From positions 3,512 through 67,511 of the forward strand of contig JABHCP010000001.1 of the NCBI GenBank assembly GCA_018673485.1: a stretch of 64,000 bases of DNA. The letters run 5' to 3'. This stretch comes from Candidatus Uhrbacteria bacterium (lineage in GTDB: Bacteria; Patescibacteriota; Patescibacteriia; UBA9934). The first letter of the stretch is position 1. Every line of letters starts with the position of its first letter. Under the pieces are notes generated by a model, which saw only the letters and a list, made by a program, of their open reading frames with translations, was not told where the DNA came from and made no database searches. The position numbers and the translations under genes were made by a program. Of the stretch, positions 29,190 to 38,189 are shown in pieces.

Positions 29190-29296
29190 CGACATCTGGG
29201 TTCTGAATTATTGAGATCCCTCGGCTTCGACCCGTCTGACGGGTCTTCGCTCGGGATGACGGCTTCTGGAGTGCTGTTATCCGCTGCCGTCACTTA
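29190..29296 (-). repeat. conserved structured 3'UTR element abutting the hisS stop codon
   Basis: On the RNA sense strand it begins at the UGA stop: UGACGGCAGCG..GCCGUCAUCCCGAGCGAAGACCCGUCAGACGGGUCGAAG..GAGGGAUCU. It is homologous to the element after aspS. Confidence 0.6.
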
Positions 29297-30612
29297 CCTC
29301 CCAATTGCTTCTGAACAAGATCAACGACTTTGTCCATGTTCACAATCTCTTGTCCGCCGGATTCCATATCGCGAATGATAATTGTGCCGTCGAGAACTTC
29401 TTTTTGTCCAAGAATGAGTGCTATCTTTGATTTTCGTTTATCTGCCATCTCGAGCTGAGTTTTCAGTGAGCCCTTTCCAAAAGCCTCGGCGATCTTTACG
29501 CCTGCTGTACGGAACTCCTCAAACACTACCAACCCTTTACGCCGAGCAGCGTCGCCCAACTGACAGAAGAACACATCAATCTCTCGATCCTTTGGCAAGA
29601 CAACACCCTGGTTTTTCATTGCTCGGATAATTCGCTCAACGCCCATGGCAAGCCCTATCGCGTGAGTATCCTCACGTCCACCAAGCTGTTCAATCAATGT
29701 GTCATATCGTCCACCGCCACCTAGAGCGTTCTGAGACTTCACGCCTTCATCGTCAACCTGCACGATCTCAAATACTGTGCGTGTGTAGTAGTCCAAACCT
29801 CGTACCAAAAACGGATCAAGTTCATATGGCACTTCAGCTTCGTCAAGATATTCAATCACTGTCATGAAGTGCTGCTTTGAGTCTTCATCAAGCCAGTCTA
29901 AAATCTGTGGAGCGTCAGCTTTAAGCTCGGCCATTCCCTCTTCTTTTGAATCAAGTAAACGCAATGGATTTTTTGTAAGACGTTTCTTATCAACGTCAGA
30001 CAACTTTTTGCGAAACTGCTTAAAGTAACTTACCAACTCCATAATATACTCACGACGAGAATCCTCTGTTCCGATTGAGTTGATTAGGAACTTTGACTTC
30101 ACTCCCAAGCCTTGCAACATGCGGTGCGCCATAATAATCATCTGCGCGTCCAAGATAGGGTCAGCTGACCCAATTGCCTCCAATCCAAATTGATGAAATT
30201 GACGATATCGACCAGCCTGCGGTCGGTCGTGTCTAAACATCTGACCAAAGTACCACATCTTTACTGGCTGTGGCTTATTAAGCATTCCGTGCTCAATATA
30301 CGCACGCGCAACTGAAGCTGTAGCCTCAGGTCGCATTGTAACTCTAGCCTCACTCGGATCCTTGAACGTATACATTTCTTTTTCAACAATGTCTGTCGCT
30401 TTTCCAACCGATCGTTCAAACAAAGTTGTTGGCTCCAAAATCGGCAAACGAATTCTGCCAAAACTATAATCAGTCGCAACATTGCGCGCTGCGTCCTCAA
30501 CAGCGTTCCAATACGCCTCGTGCTCAGGTACAACATCCTTAAACCCACGCAAACTTTGTGGAGTCTTAATCTTTTTCTTTACCACCTCCTCTTTATCGCT
30601 CTGTGCATTCAT
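29290..30612 (-). CDS. hisS: histidine--tRNA ligase
   Basis: Class II motifs, GGGGRYDTLIEQLGG, 440 aa. Confidence 0.95.
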   Translation of the reverse strand: MNAQSDKEEVVKKKIKTPQSLRGFKDVVPEHEAYWNAVEDAARNVATDYSFGRIRLPILEPTTLFERSVGKATDIVEKEMYTFKDPSEARVTMRPEATASVARAYIEHGMLNKPQPVKMWYFGQMFRHDRPQAGRYRQFHQFGLEAIGSADPILDAQMIIMAHRMLQGLGVKSKFLINSIGTEDSRREYIMELVSYFKQFRKKLSDVDKKRLTKNPLRLLDSKEEGMAELKADAPQILDWLDEDSKQHFMTVIEYLDEAEVPYELDPFLVRGLDYYTRTVFEIVQVDDEGVKSQNALGGGGRYDTLIEQLGGREDTHAIGLAMGVERIIRAMKNQGVVLPKDREIDVFFCQLGDAARRKGLVVFEEFRTAGVKIAEAFGKGSLKTQLEMADKRKSKIALILGQKEVLDGTIIIRDMESGGQEIVNMDKVVDLVQKQLGGK

Positions 30613-30613
30613 A

Positions 30614-31222
30614 CTAATAGGTTAAATCATAATCAGGTGCAGAAATAACACCCGCTTTACTAAATGGTAATCCACGAACCCAGACTCGTCCCACAATATT
30701 ATCCTGTGGAATTGGTCCGATCGCCCTTGAGTCTAAACTCATATCGCGATTGTCTCCCATAACAAAGTACTCACTATCACTTAAAACAACATATTCCTCT
30801 CCGTGTGTAAACTCATCTATATACTCTTCATCAATTGCAACTCCATTTGGAAACTCACTATTGTAAACACTGATTGTTCCATCCTTAATCTCCACAGTCT
30901 CGCCCGGTAAACCAATTACGCGCTTGATGTAATACTGATCAACTCCCGTTGGTGGCTCAAATACAATGATCTCTCCTCTACTGATATCACGGAATCGATA
31001 AGAAAGCTCATCAATGATCAGGTATTCATTCTCCTGAAAATTCGGCTCCATTGAAGCACCCTTCACTATGAAAGGCTGAATCAAAAAGTAACGAATCGGA
31101 ATAATAATTGCCGCAGCGATTATTACGACTTGCAAAACCTCCAGAACAAATACTACAACGCCGCCAAGCGTTGCACCAAAGACCTGAAAGATAGCTGAGT
31201 CTTTTTTCTCCTTAAAAGACAT
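30614..31222 (-). CDS. lepB: signal peptidase I
   Basis: N-terminal transmembrane helix; KGASMEP Ser box; GDNRDMSLDSR box E. Confidence 0.9.
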   Translation of the reverse strand: MSFKEKKDSAIFQVFGATLGGVVVFVLEVLQVVIIAAAIIIPIRYFLIQPFIVKGASMEPNFQENEYLIIDELSYRFRDISRGEIIVFEPPTGVDQYYIKRVIGLPGETVEIKDGTISVYNSEFPNGVAIDEEYIDEFTHGEEYVVLSDSEYFVMGDNRDMSLDSRAIGPIPQDNIVGRVWVRGLPFSKAGVISAPDYDLTY

Positions 31223-31371
31223 GTAAATCGTTTAAAATTGGCTTAAATCCTGCTTAGGATAGCACGTTTTTTAAGTGTACGCAAGAATCATTATAACAGC
31301 TTTTGACTAAAGTTGGATCTCTAAACTTGCCAATTCCCAATTCCCCCACAATCTGCTAGAATGACATCGCT

Positions 31372-32853
31372 ATGAGCGACGAGCACAGTGTTGATTTTCT
31401 GAAAAAGAAGTACCAGATGGTGCCTACTCAAAAGAGCACCAAGCGTAAACGTAAGGCCCTCAAAATATTTGGGGCACTTTTTGTTGCAGTTGCAATCTGT
31501 GGTGTGTTGTTTTCATACAATCTATCTAAAGAATATAGCGATGACGTTGTTGAGTACGAAAGTTTTTCATTATTTTCATCCCTACGCAATTTGGTCGGCG
31601 CTGGTGAAAAAGAATTAACTGGCGAGGATGATGATCGTATTAACTTCCTTTTGCTGGGAGTTGGTGGGACTGGTCATGATGGCCCAGAGCTTTCCGACAC
31701 AATAATGTTTGCCAGCTACAAGCCGTCAACCGGCGACATTGGAATGCTCTCAATTCCTCGCGATCTTGCTGTTCCGATTCCAGGATATGGATATCAAAAA
31801 ATAAATAGTATAAATGCATACGCTGAAATGGATGACGCAGGATCAGGGCCCGCTTGGACATCCGAAGTTGTAGGCGATCTTCTCGATCAAGAAATTCATT
31901 ATTACGTAAAAGTGGACTTTAATGGCTTTGTTGATTTAATCGATGCCATCGGTGGAATTGATGTATACGTTGATCAATCCTTCACTGACTACACCTACCC
32001 TACTGAAGATGACTTGGTGCAAACCGTTGCCTTTGAATCTGGGTGGACCTACATGGACGGAGAAACTGCTCTGCAGTTTGCGCGATCACGACACGGTGAC
32101 AATGGTGAGGGCTCTGACTTTGCACGTGCTGAGCGTCAGCAAAAAATATTACTTGCCGTGAAAGACGACTTGCTCTCAGCGTCAACATTTTTGAACCCTT
32201 CAAAACTTAATAATCTAGTAGAAACTTTTCAAGACAATGTAGAAACAAACATGTCATTTTGGGAACTAATGAAAATGATCCGCTATGTTCCTGAAATTGA
32301 CACAGAGAATATTCACACAACCGTCCTTGATACTGGCTACGATAGCCACCTGTACTCAACCATGATCAACGGCGCCTACGTACTTCTGCCAAAGAAAGAT
32401 GACTGGACACCAATTCAGGAGATGGCGCAAAACATCTTCGAGCAAGACTCTAGTGCGAATTATGCCGCACAAAGCACTGATGACGAGAGTGACGTGCAGA
32501 TGGACCAAACAATAGTCGAGATTCAAAATGGGACGAGTGCTGTAGGGCTAGCTTTCCAAACTTCACAAATGCTTGCAGGAACCAACTTCTCTGTAGCAGA
32601 AATCAGTAATGCTGACTCACAAGATTACGAAACAACAATTATTTACGATCTCTCAGGTGGCGAAAAACCTGATGAGCTTGAAACCTTACAAAACTTCTTC
32701 GAAGCAGAGGTCGCCATGACCACATCTGGCTGGATTTTTTCAGAAACTGTTATTCCTCGTGAGCTAACCATCGACACCCCTGAGGAAACAGACGAAAGCA
32801 TTGACTTTTTAATCATTTTGGGGCAAAATGCCACGAATCTTGTCTTGCAATAA
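31372..32853 (+). CDS. LytR-CpsA-Psr (LCP) family cell-envelope phosphotransferase
   Basis: Transmembrane anchor; LLLGVGGTGHDGPELSDTIMFASYKPSTGDIGMLSIPRDL LCP core; C-terminal LytR_C-like domain. Confidence 0.85.
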   Translation: MSDEHSVDFLKKKYQMVPTQKSTKRKRKALKIFGALFVAVAICGVLFSYNLSKEYSDDVVEYESFSLFSSLRNLVGAGEKELTGEDDDRINFLLLGVGGTGHDGPELSDTIMFASYKPSTGDIGMLSIPRDLAVPIPGYGYQKINSINAYAEMDDAGSGPAWTSEVVGDLLDQEIHYYVKVDFNGFVDLIDAIGGIDVYVDQSFTDYTYPTEDDLVQTVAFESGWTYMDGETALQFARSRHGDNGEGSDFARAERQQKILLAVKDDLLSASTFLNPSKLNNLVETFQDNVETNMSFWELMKMIRYVPEIDTENIHTTVLDTGYDSHLYSTMINGAYVLLPKKDDWTPIQEMAQNIFEQDSSANYAAQSTDDESDVQMDQTIVEIQNGTSAVGLAFQTSQMLAGTNFSVAEISNADSQDYETTIIYDLSGGEKPDELETLQNFFEAEVAMTTSGWIFSETVIPRELTIDTPEETDESIDFLIILGQNATNLVLQ

Positions 32854-32877
32854 CAGACCCCAACCCCTAAGCATTTT

Positions 32878-34248
32878 ATGACCGCTATCGCCCCAAAAGT
32901 CGCCATTGTTGGCCGCTCTAACGTTGGAAAATCAACACTATTTAATAAACTCATTGAAGAGCAGAAGTCTTTAGTTTCAGCAATTCCAGGAACGACTCGT
33001 GATAGATATGAAGGTGACTGTATTTGGCGAGCAAAGATCGTACGTCTAATAGATACTGGGGGGCTCGATAGAAACCAAACAGATGAAATAGATGTAGAAA
33101 TCGGCAAACAGGCGCGCGCCGCCATCAAAGAAGCTGACCTTGTTATTTTTATGGTCGACTTACAAGTCGGACTCCAAGATGAAGACCGACTTTTAGAGCG
33201 CGAGCTGCAAAAACTAAAAAAGCCAATATTGCTCATTGGAAACAAAGCCGACAACACAAAACTTGTTCAATCAGTGAACGATGAATGCTGGCACAAATGG
33301 AGCTCTGGTACACCGATGGCGGTAAGTGCCAAGCGTGGAACAGGAACAGGTGACTTGCTTGACATCATATTTGAAGAACTAGCCAAGATCGGTAAAGATC
33401 CAATCTCTGTCTCTGACGCAACAGCAATGCGAGTTTCTGTGATTGGAAGACCAAACGTTGGTAAATCATCACTTCTTAACGCAGCGCTTGGACAGAATAG
33501 ATTTATCGCCTCATCTCGTGAACATACAACGCGAGAACCAAACGACACTCCGGTAACAATCGATGGTCGCGACTACATATTGGTCGACACAGCCGGTATT
33601 AGAAAAATGGCACGCGTACACAAAGGAAAATCAAAACTAGAAAAAGAAGGCGTGGAGCGCACAATTTGCGCCATGAAAACATCAGATGTCTGTTTGCTAG
33701 TAATTGATATTTCAAGAAACATTCAAGCCCAAGATAAACATCTTGCTGGTGAGCTTCAAAAATCAGGAGCAAGTGTAATTATCATTGCCAACAAATGGGA
33801 CCTTATTCCAGACAAAGACGCGGTAACTATTGATAAGTACGAACACTATATTCGCGCCAACCTTCCATCACTGGATTGGGCACCAATTTTGTTCACATCA
33901 GCGCAAACTGGAAAACGAGTACAAAACCTATTCGAATTAGTGGATAAAGTTTTCGAACATCGATTCACGCAACTCAGTGACTCCCAAACAAACGATTTCA
34001 TTAGTCGTGCGATTGTAAAACACAAGCCAAGTCGTGGAAAAGGAATCTCTCATCCTAAAATCTTTAAATTCCGACAATCTGGAACAAATCCTCCAGAGTT
34101 CCTGTTGTTCATCAAACAAAGTCGAACAGACTCGCTAAACGTTTCTTACGTGCGATTCTTGGAGAACCTGCTGCGCAAGTACCACTCATTTGAGGGAACT
34201 CCAATAACTATTAAAGTGAAGTGCCGTAAAAAGTCACATACAACGTAG
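32878..34248 (+). CDS. der: ribosome-associated GTPase Der (EngA)
   Basis: Two tandem GTPase domains (GRSNVGKST, GRPNVGKSS) plus a KH-like C-terminus. Confidence 0.95.
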   Translation: MTAIAPKVAIVGRSNVGKSTLFNKLIEEQKSLVSAIPGTTRDRYEGDCIWRAKIVRLIDTGGLDRNQTDEIDVEIGKQARAAIKEADLVIFMVDLQVGLQDEDRLLERELQKLKKPILLIGNKADNTKLVQSVNDECWHKWSSGTPMAVSAKRGTGTGDLLDIIFEELAKIGKDPISVSDATAMRVSVIGRPNVGKSSLLNAALGQNRFIASSREHTTREPNDTPVTIDGRDYILVDTAGIRKMARVHKGKSKLEKEGVERTICAMKTSDVCLLVIDISRNIQAQDKHLAGELQKSGASVIIIANKWDLIPDKDAVTIDKYEHYIRANLPSLDWAPILFTSAQTGKRVQNLFELVDKVFEHRFTQLSDSQTNDFISRAIVKHKPSRGKGISHPKIFKFRQSGTNPPEFLLFIKQSRTDSLNVSYVRFLENLLRKYHSFEGTPITIKVKCRKKSHTT

Positions 34249-34351
34249 CAGACTTCAGAACCCAGGCGTCAGACTACAGTCGAAGAAAAAGTGGTTTACC
34301 CAGCCTACTTCCTACTAGCTACTATCTACTTTCTGCAATATAATCAAAACT

Positions 34352-34912
34352 ATGAAACTCATCATTGGTCTTGGAAATCCAGGTAAAAAATACGAGCAAA
34401 CCCGACACAATGTCGGTTTTATGGTTCTTAACGCAATTGCAAACGAACTGAAAGCTTCGTTTTCAGAAAAGTCCGACCTTCACAGTGAGGTGGCAGAATT
34501 AAATCTTGAAGGAGATAAACTGATTCTTGCAAAGCCAACAACATTCATGAACAAGTCAGGTGACGCATTGCAAGCCATAGTGAAAAAATATAAAGTAAAC
34601 GTCGATGATGTTTGGGTTGTTTACGATGACGCATCACTGGACCTTGGAACTATCAGAATTCGACAAGAAGGATCAGCTGGTGGTCACAACGGAGTAAAAT
34701 CGATAATTGACACCATTGATTCACAAACATTCTGGAGATTCAAAGTCGGTGTCGGTTCCCCACCAGAGAACTTTCCGCTTGAGGACTGGGTACTATCAAA
34801 GTTCGCGGAAGATCAGATTGAAATGCAAAATAAAATAATTGAACTTACTAAAGAGTCGATTCTCAACGCTCTGCAAACCGAGCCGACGGATGAAAGCTTG
34901 TCACTCAACTAA
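34352..34912 (+). CDS. pth: peptidyl-tRNA hydrolase
   Basis: MKLIIGLGNPGKKYEQTRHNVGF. Confidence 0.95.
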   Translation: MKLIIGLGNPGKKYEQTRHNVGFMVLNAIANELKASFSEKSDLHSEVAELNLEGDKLILAKPTTFMNKSGDALQAIVKKYKVNVDDVWVVYDDASLDLGTIRIRQEGSAGGHNGVKSIIDTIDSQTFWRFKVGVGSPPENFPLEDWVLSKFAEDQIEMQNKIIELTKESILNALQTEPTDESLSLN

Positions 34913-34917
34913 AAAAT

Positions 34918-34958
34918 GTGTCACCCCTGGCTACGACCAGGGTCCCATCAACTATCGA
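34918..34958. repeat. TGTCACCCCTGGCTACGACCAGGG hairpin repeat unit
   Basis: Same unit as at 48856 and 53365; translates as VTPGYDQGPI in track ORFs. Confidence 0.6.
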
Positions 34959-34965
34959 TCTTATC

Positions 34966-35660
34966 ATATGAAAAAACTCGCACTGCTCACACTCGCCTCT
35001 TTACTCCTTGTTGGATTTGGTTGCACGACCGATATGTCAGTCACGGAGCAAACCGATACATCAGATGAACAACTAGAAGATATAATCGATACAACTCCAG
35101 AGGTTTCAACGATCGACTCAGACAGTGACGGAATCACAGACTACGATGAGATTGAAATGTACCAGACAGACCCTAACGATACCGACAGTGATGATGACGG
35201 ATACTCAGACGGTGAAGAGGTCTCCGCTGGCTACGATCCAAACGAACCGGCAATTACAACAATTGTTGAAGAACGTGCCAACTACCAGGATACTCAAACA
35301 CAAGACGGTATGACACTAAATACAGATATAACAGTCGACCTTACAACAACAATTGACTGTGGAGCTGAAGCATCATGTTTTGATGAAAAATTTGCATTAT
35401 GTGAACCCTCAACAATGACAAGCGATGCAAGTGGATGGGTTGCCGTTAGTTATGAAATTACTGGCCCTGCAGATGAGGGCTGCGCGGTTACAATGATCTA
35501 CACAACAAATCCAAACCCTGTATGGCAAGACAAGCCACTTCACTGTGTTTATGACAATACTAAAGACTTTGAAGTAGCGATGATGGAAGCATTCGAATCT
35601 GCAATGGAAATAGATGGATACTGTTCTGGACCACTCAACGACGTATTCCACGCTGAATAA
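34966..35660 (+). CDS. lipoprotein with a TSP3-like calcium-binding repeat module
   Basis: MKKLALLTLASLLLVGFGC lipobox; DSDSDGITDYDEIEMYQTDPNDTDSDDDGYSDGEEVSAGYDPNEP. The track ORF begins at 34839 inside pth. Confidence 0.65.
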
Positions 35661-35767
35661 TTTATTCAATAATGTTTCACTAAAGGGCCGATCGGCACCT
35701 TAATGAAACATTCTGCAAAAAAGGGCCTAAATTGGCTCTTTTTTGGTTAAAATTAGCTAAATATAGG

Positions 35768-35796
35768 TTGACAAAACCCTTTTTTTATGCTATATT
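35768..35796 (+). promoter_or_regulatory. consensus sigma70-type promoter of the GC-rich cassette
   Basis: TTGACA, 17 nt spacer, TATATT; followed by a ~180 nt GC-rich structured leader (gtctcaccacccaaggaatgaccatgagac, ctaggggctcgccccctag). Confidence 0.6.
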
Positions 35797-35987
35797 TCAA
35801 TGTCTCACCACCCAAGGAATGACCATGAGACTTCCCCGCGACGGACTCCTAGGCTAGGGGCTCGCCCCCTAGTACCACATCGATGAGATCTTCTTCCTCG
35901 ACGGCTACTCGGAGATGAAGGGGCGAGCCCGCAACGGCACGCCGTCGCTTTACCGCAACTTCACCTTCACACTCTCAGGAGACCGTC

Positions 35988-36446
35988 ATGTCCTTCAACA
36001 ACCCATACGACCACAGCAGCTACTCTCGTCGCCCAAACCAGACCACCCTCTTCTTCGAGGGAGCCCTCAACCCGAGCGACGACATGCTCGAGGCCCTCGA
36101 GCGCAATGGGATCAAAGTGACGCGCTTCTTCCGGCCAGCCATCCGGCACAACCGGATCCGGTACCACAACATCGAGATCATCGCGCATCACTGGCTCTAC
36201 GGCGATGACGTGAGGCATGAGCTCGGATTCCCGTGCATACCCATGGTCCAGCTACGAGATGGCACCTGGCTCAAGCTCAACATCTACAGCGGCGCCGCCT
36301 GCGTGTGCGACCCAAATGAAGAGCTGCGAGCGTGGTACATGCGCCGCCGTGCCCTGTGCAAGGCTGGTGGCCAAATCAAGCTACCAGACTACCACGAGCC
36401 CCCACCACTGGTGCGCGAACAGCAGAGCGTAGTGTGCACCCCCTGA
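35988..36446 (+). CDS. hypothetical protein encoded by a GC-rich (~62%) horizontally acquired cassette
   Basis: 152 aa, no recognisable family; GC-rich region 35800..36510 in a ~40% GC context. Confidence 0.55.
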   Translation: MSFNNPYDHSSYSRRPNQTTLFFEGALNPSDDMLEALERNGIKVTRFFRPAIRHNRIRYHNIEIIAHHWLYGDDVRHELGFPCIPMVQLRDGTWLKLNIYSGAACVCDPNEELRAWYMRRRALCKAGGQIKLPDYHEPPPLVREQQSVVCTP

Positions 36447-36472
36447 CCCCTCCCTCACCCTCACCCCAAGGA

Positions 36473-36507
36473 CCCCCAACTTGTGGCGTGGGGGTTCTTC
36501 TTTTTTA
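36473..36507 (+). terminator. rho-independent terminator of the GC-rich cassette
   Basis: ACCCCCAacttgtggcgTGGGGGT followed by TCTTCTTTTTT. Confidence 0.65.
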
Positions 36508-36567
36508 CACAACACCCCTTGACATGCTCTCAAAAATCCAAATTTTCGTGCGTGATAAAATATATGT

Positions 36568-37665
36568 ATGATCGGAGAAGAGAATTTAGCGTGCTTAATT
36601 GCCCTTAATGAATTTCCTAAATTTGGTCCGCGCAGAATGCAGCGGTTGTTTAAGGTATTTGATACATCTCGATCGATCTTTGAATCAAACGCGACAGAAC
36701 TTCGAAATGCCGGCATTCCAGAAACTGTCGCTAAAGAGTTTATCGAATTTCGAAAGACAATTAATCTCGTCGAACTTCTTGAGCTTGTCCAAACAAATGA
36801 CATGACAGTTATTTCAATCTTCGATGAGAACTTCCCTACCCTGCTCAAAGAAATATATGACCCACCGACGTTGCTATATATAAAAGGTGAACTTCCCGAT
36901 CTATCTAATCGAAAACTGCTTGGAATCGTTGGCTCGCGTAAAGCCAGTCCGTATGGCGCGCAGGTCGCTAAAGATCTAACACAGGATATTGCCCGCGCTG
37001 GAATCATAACAGTCAGCGGGCTTGCCTATGGAATCGATGGCATCGCACACAAAGCCACAATTGATGCGAAAGGACAAACCATCGCCGTCTTAGGCTTTGG
37101 AATTCTACACGAACCAAGCTCACGAGAACAAGTAATCCAGAATCATATAATTGAAAATGGCGGGTGCATCATCAGTGAGTTCCCTCTCATGATGCACGGA
37201 GCTAAACAAAACTTCCCAATTCGAAATAGAATTATCTCAGGGATTAGTCACGGAACACTTGTAGTCGAGGCAGCAATAAAATCTGGATCGCTAATCACAG
37301 CTCGCTCTGCAATGGAACAAAACCGCGAAGTCTTTGCAGTACCCGGTCCAATAAACTCACAAACATCAGAAGGAACTAATCAGCTCATCAAAGACGGTGC
37401 ACACATGGTGACCAAGATTGAAGATATTCTCGGGCCACTCGAAATCGATCGGATAGTTGCAAGAGCCAAAACAAAAACCACCCCCCAGGGTGACACTCCA
37501 CAAGAAGATCAAATTCTCTCAATACTATCAAAACAACCAACCCACATCGACGACATCACCCGCACCACAAACCTCCCCGCCCCAACAGTCGCCAGCACAA
37601 TCTCCATCCTAGAATTAAAAAGCCTGGTACAAAATGTCGGAGGTGAGAGGTATTATTTGAATTAA
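36568..37665 (+). CDS. dprA: DNA processing protein DprA (Smf)
   Basis: LLGIVGSRKASPYGAQVAKDL Rossmann-like core and C-terminal wHTH; 365 aa. Confidence 0.9.
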   Translation: MIGEENLACLIALNEFPKFGPRRMQRLFKVFDTSRSIFESNATELRNAGIPETVAKEFIEFRKTINLVELLELVQTNDMTVISIFDENFPTLLKEIYDPPTLLYIKGELPDLSNRKLLGIVGSRKASPYGAQVAKDLTQDIARAGIITVSGLAYGIDGIAHKATIDAKGQTIAVLGFGILHEPSSREQVIQNHIIENGGCIISEFPLMMHGAKQNFPIRNRIISGISHGTLVVEAAIKSGSLITARSAMEQNREVFAVPGPINSQTSEGTNQLIKDGAHMVTKIEDILGPLEIDRIVARAKTKTTPQGDTPQEDQILSILSKQPTHIDDITRTTNLPAPTVASTISILELKSLVQNVGGERYYLN

Positions 37666-37687
37666 TAATTTAAACTTCATCCCCGTC

Positions 37688-37756
37688 TCATCATCCCCAC
37701 CTCGACGTCCCATCCCCCACTCGACGTCTCATCCCCACCCCGACGTAAGGAGGGGC
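37688..37756. repeat. three tandem ~18 bp direct repeats ending in an inverted-repeat arm upstream of the GIY-YIG gene
   Basis: tcatccccacctcgacgtc / catcccccactcgacgtc / catccccaccccgacgtaaggaggggcc. The arm CCCGACGTAAGGAGGG reappears inverted at 38094..38112. Confidence 0.6.
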
Positions 37757-37768
37757 CTCGGCTGTCTC

Positions 37769-38086
37769 ATGAAACTATCGGTCAGCCGTGAAACTCAAAC
37801 TATGCACTTCATCTATATAACAACAAACAAAAACAATTCCGTAATATACACTGGCACCACCAGTGAATTGAAACAAAGAATATATCAACATAAAGAAAAA
37901 ATGGTGGATGGATTTACGAAAAAATACAATGTCGATAAGCTAGTATACTATGAAGCAATTGAAGATCGGAATTCAGCGCTAGCTCGAGAAAAACAAATCA
38001 AAGGCTGGCGGCGAGAGAAAAAAATGCACATAGTTCTATCAATGAACCCAAATTTATTTGATTTGTACGAAACTTTAGATCAATAA
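37769..38086 (+). CDS. GIY-YIG nuclease superfamily protein (small stand-alone)
   Basis: FIYITTNKNNSVIYTGTTSELKQRIYQH GIY-YIG motif. The start could instead be the ATG at 37802 (MHFIYI). Confidence 0.8.
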   Translation: MKLSVSRETQTMHFIYITTNKNNSVIYTGTTSELKQRIYQHKEKMVDGFTKKYNVDKLVYYEAIEDRNSALAREKQIKGWRREKKMHIVLSMNPNLFDLYETLDQ

Positions 38087-38189
38087 GTTTTTAGGTCCCT
38101 CCTTACGTCGGGATGGGTAACTGCTAATACCACTAAGCATTGTGAACTACCTACTGCATTCCTTCACAATATGATACATTGTAAATCCT

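Noticed and set aside
36381-37007. 208 aa minus-strand ORF overlapping dprA
   Set aside because: It is antisense to a well-supported dprA with conserved motifs and has no start context of its own.
37688-37745. Tandem direct repeats considered as a possible CRISPR array
   Set aside because: There are only three units of ~18 bp with no spacers of defined length and no cas genes. They are better explained as repeats in the GIY-YIG cassette flank.
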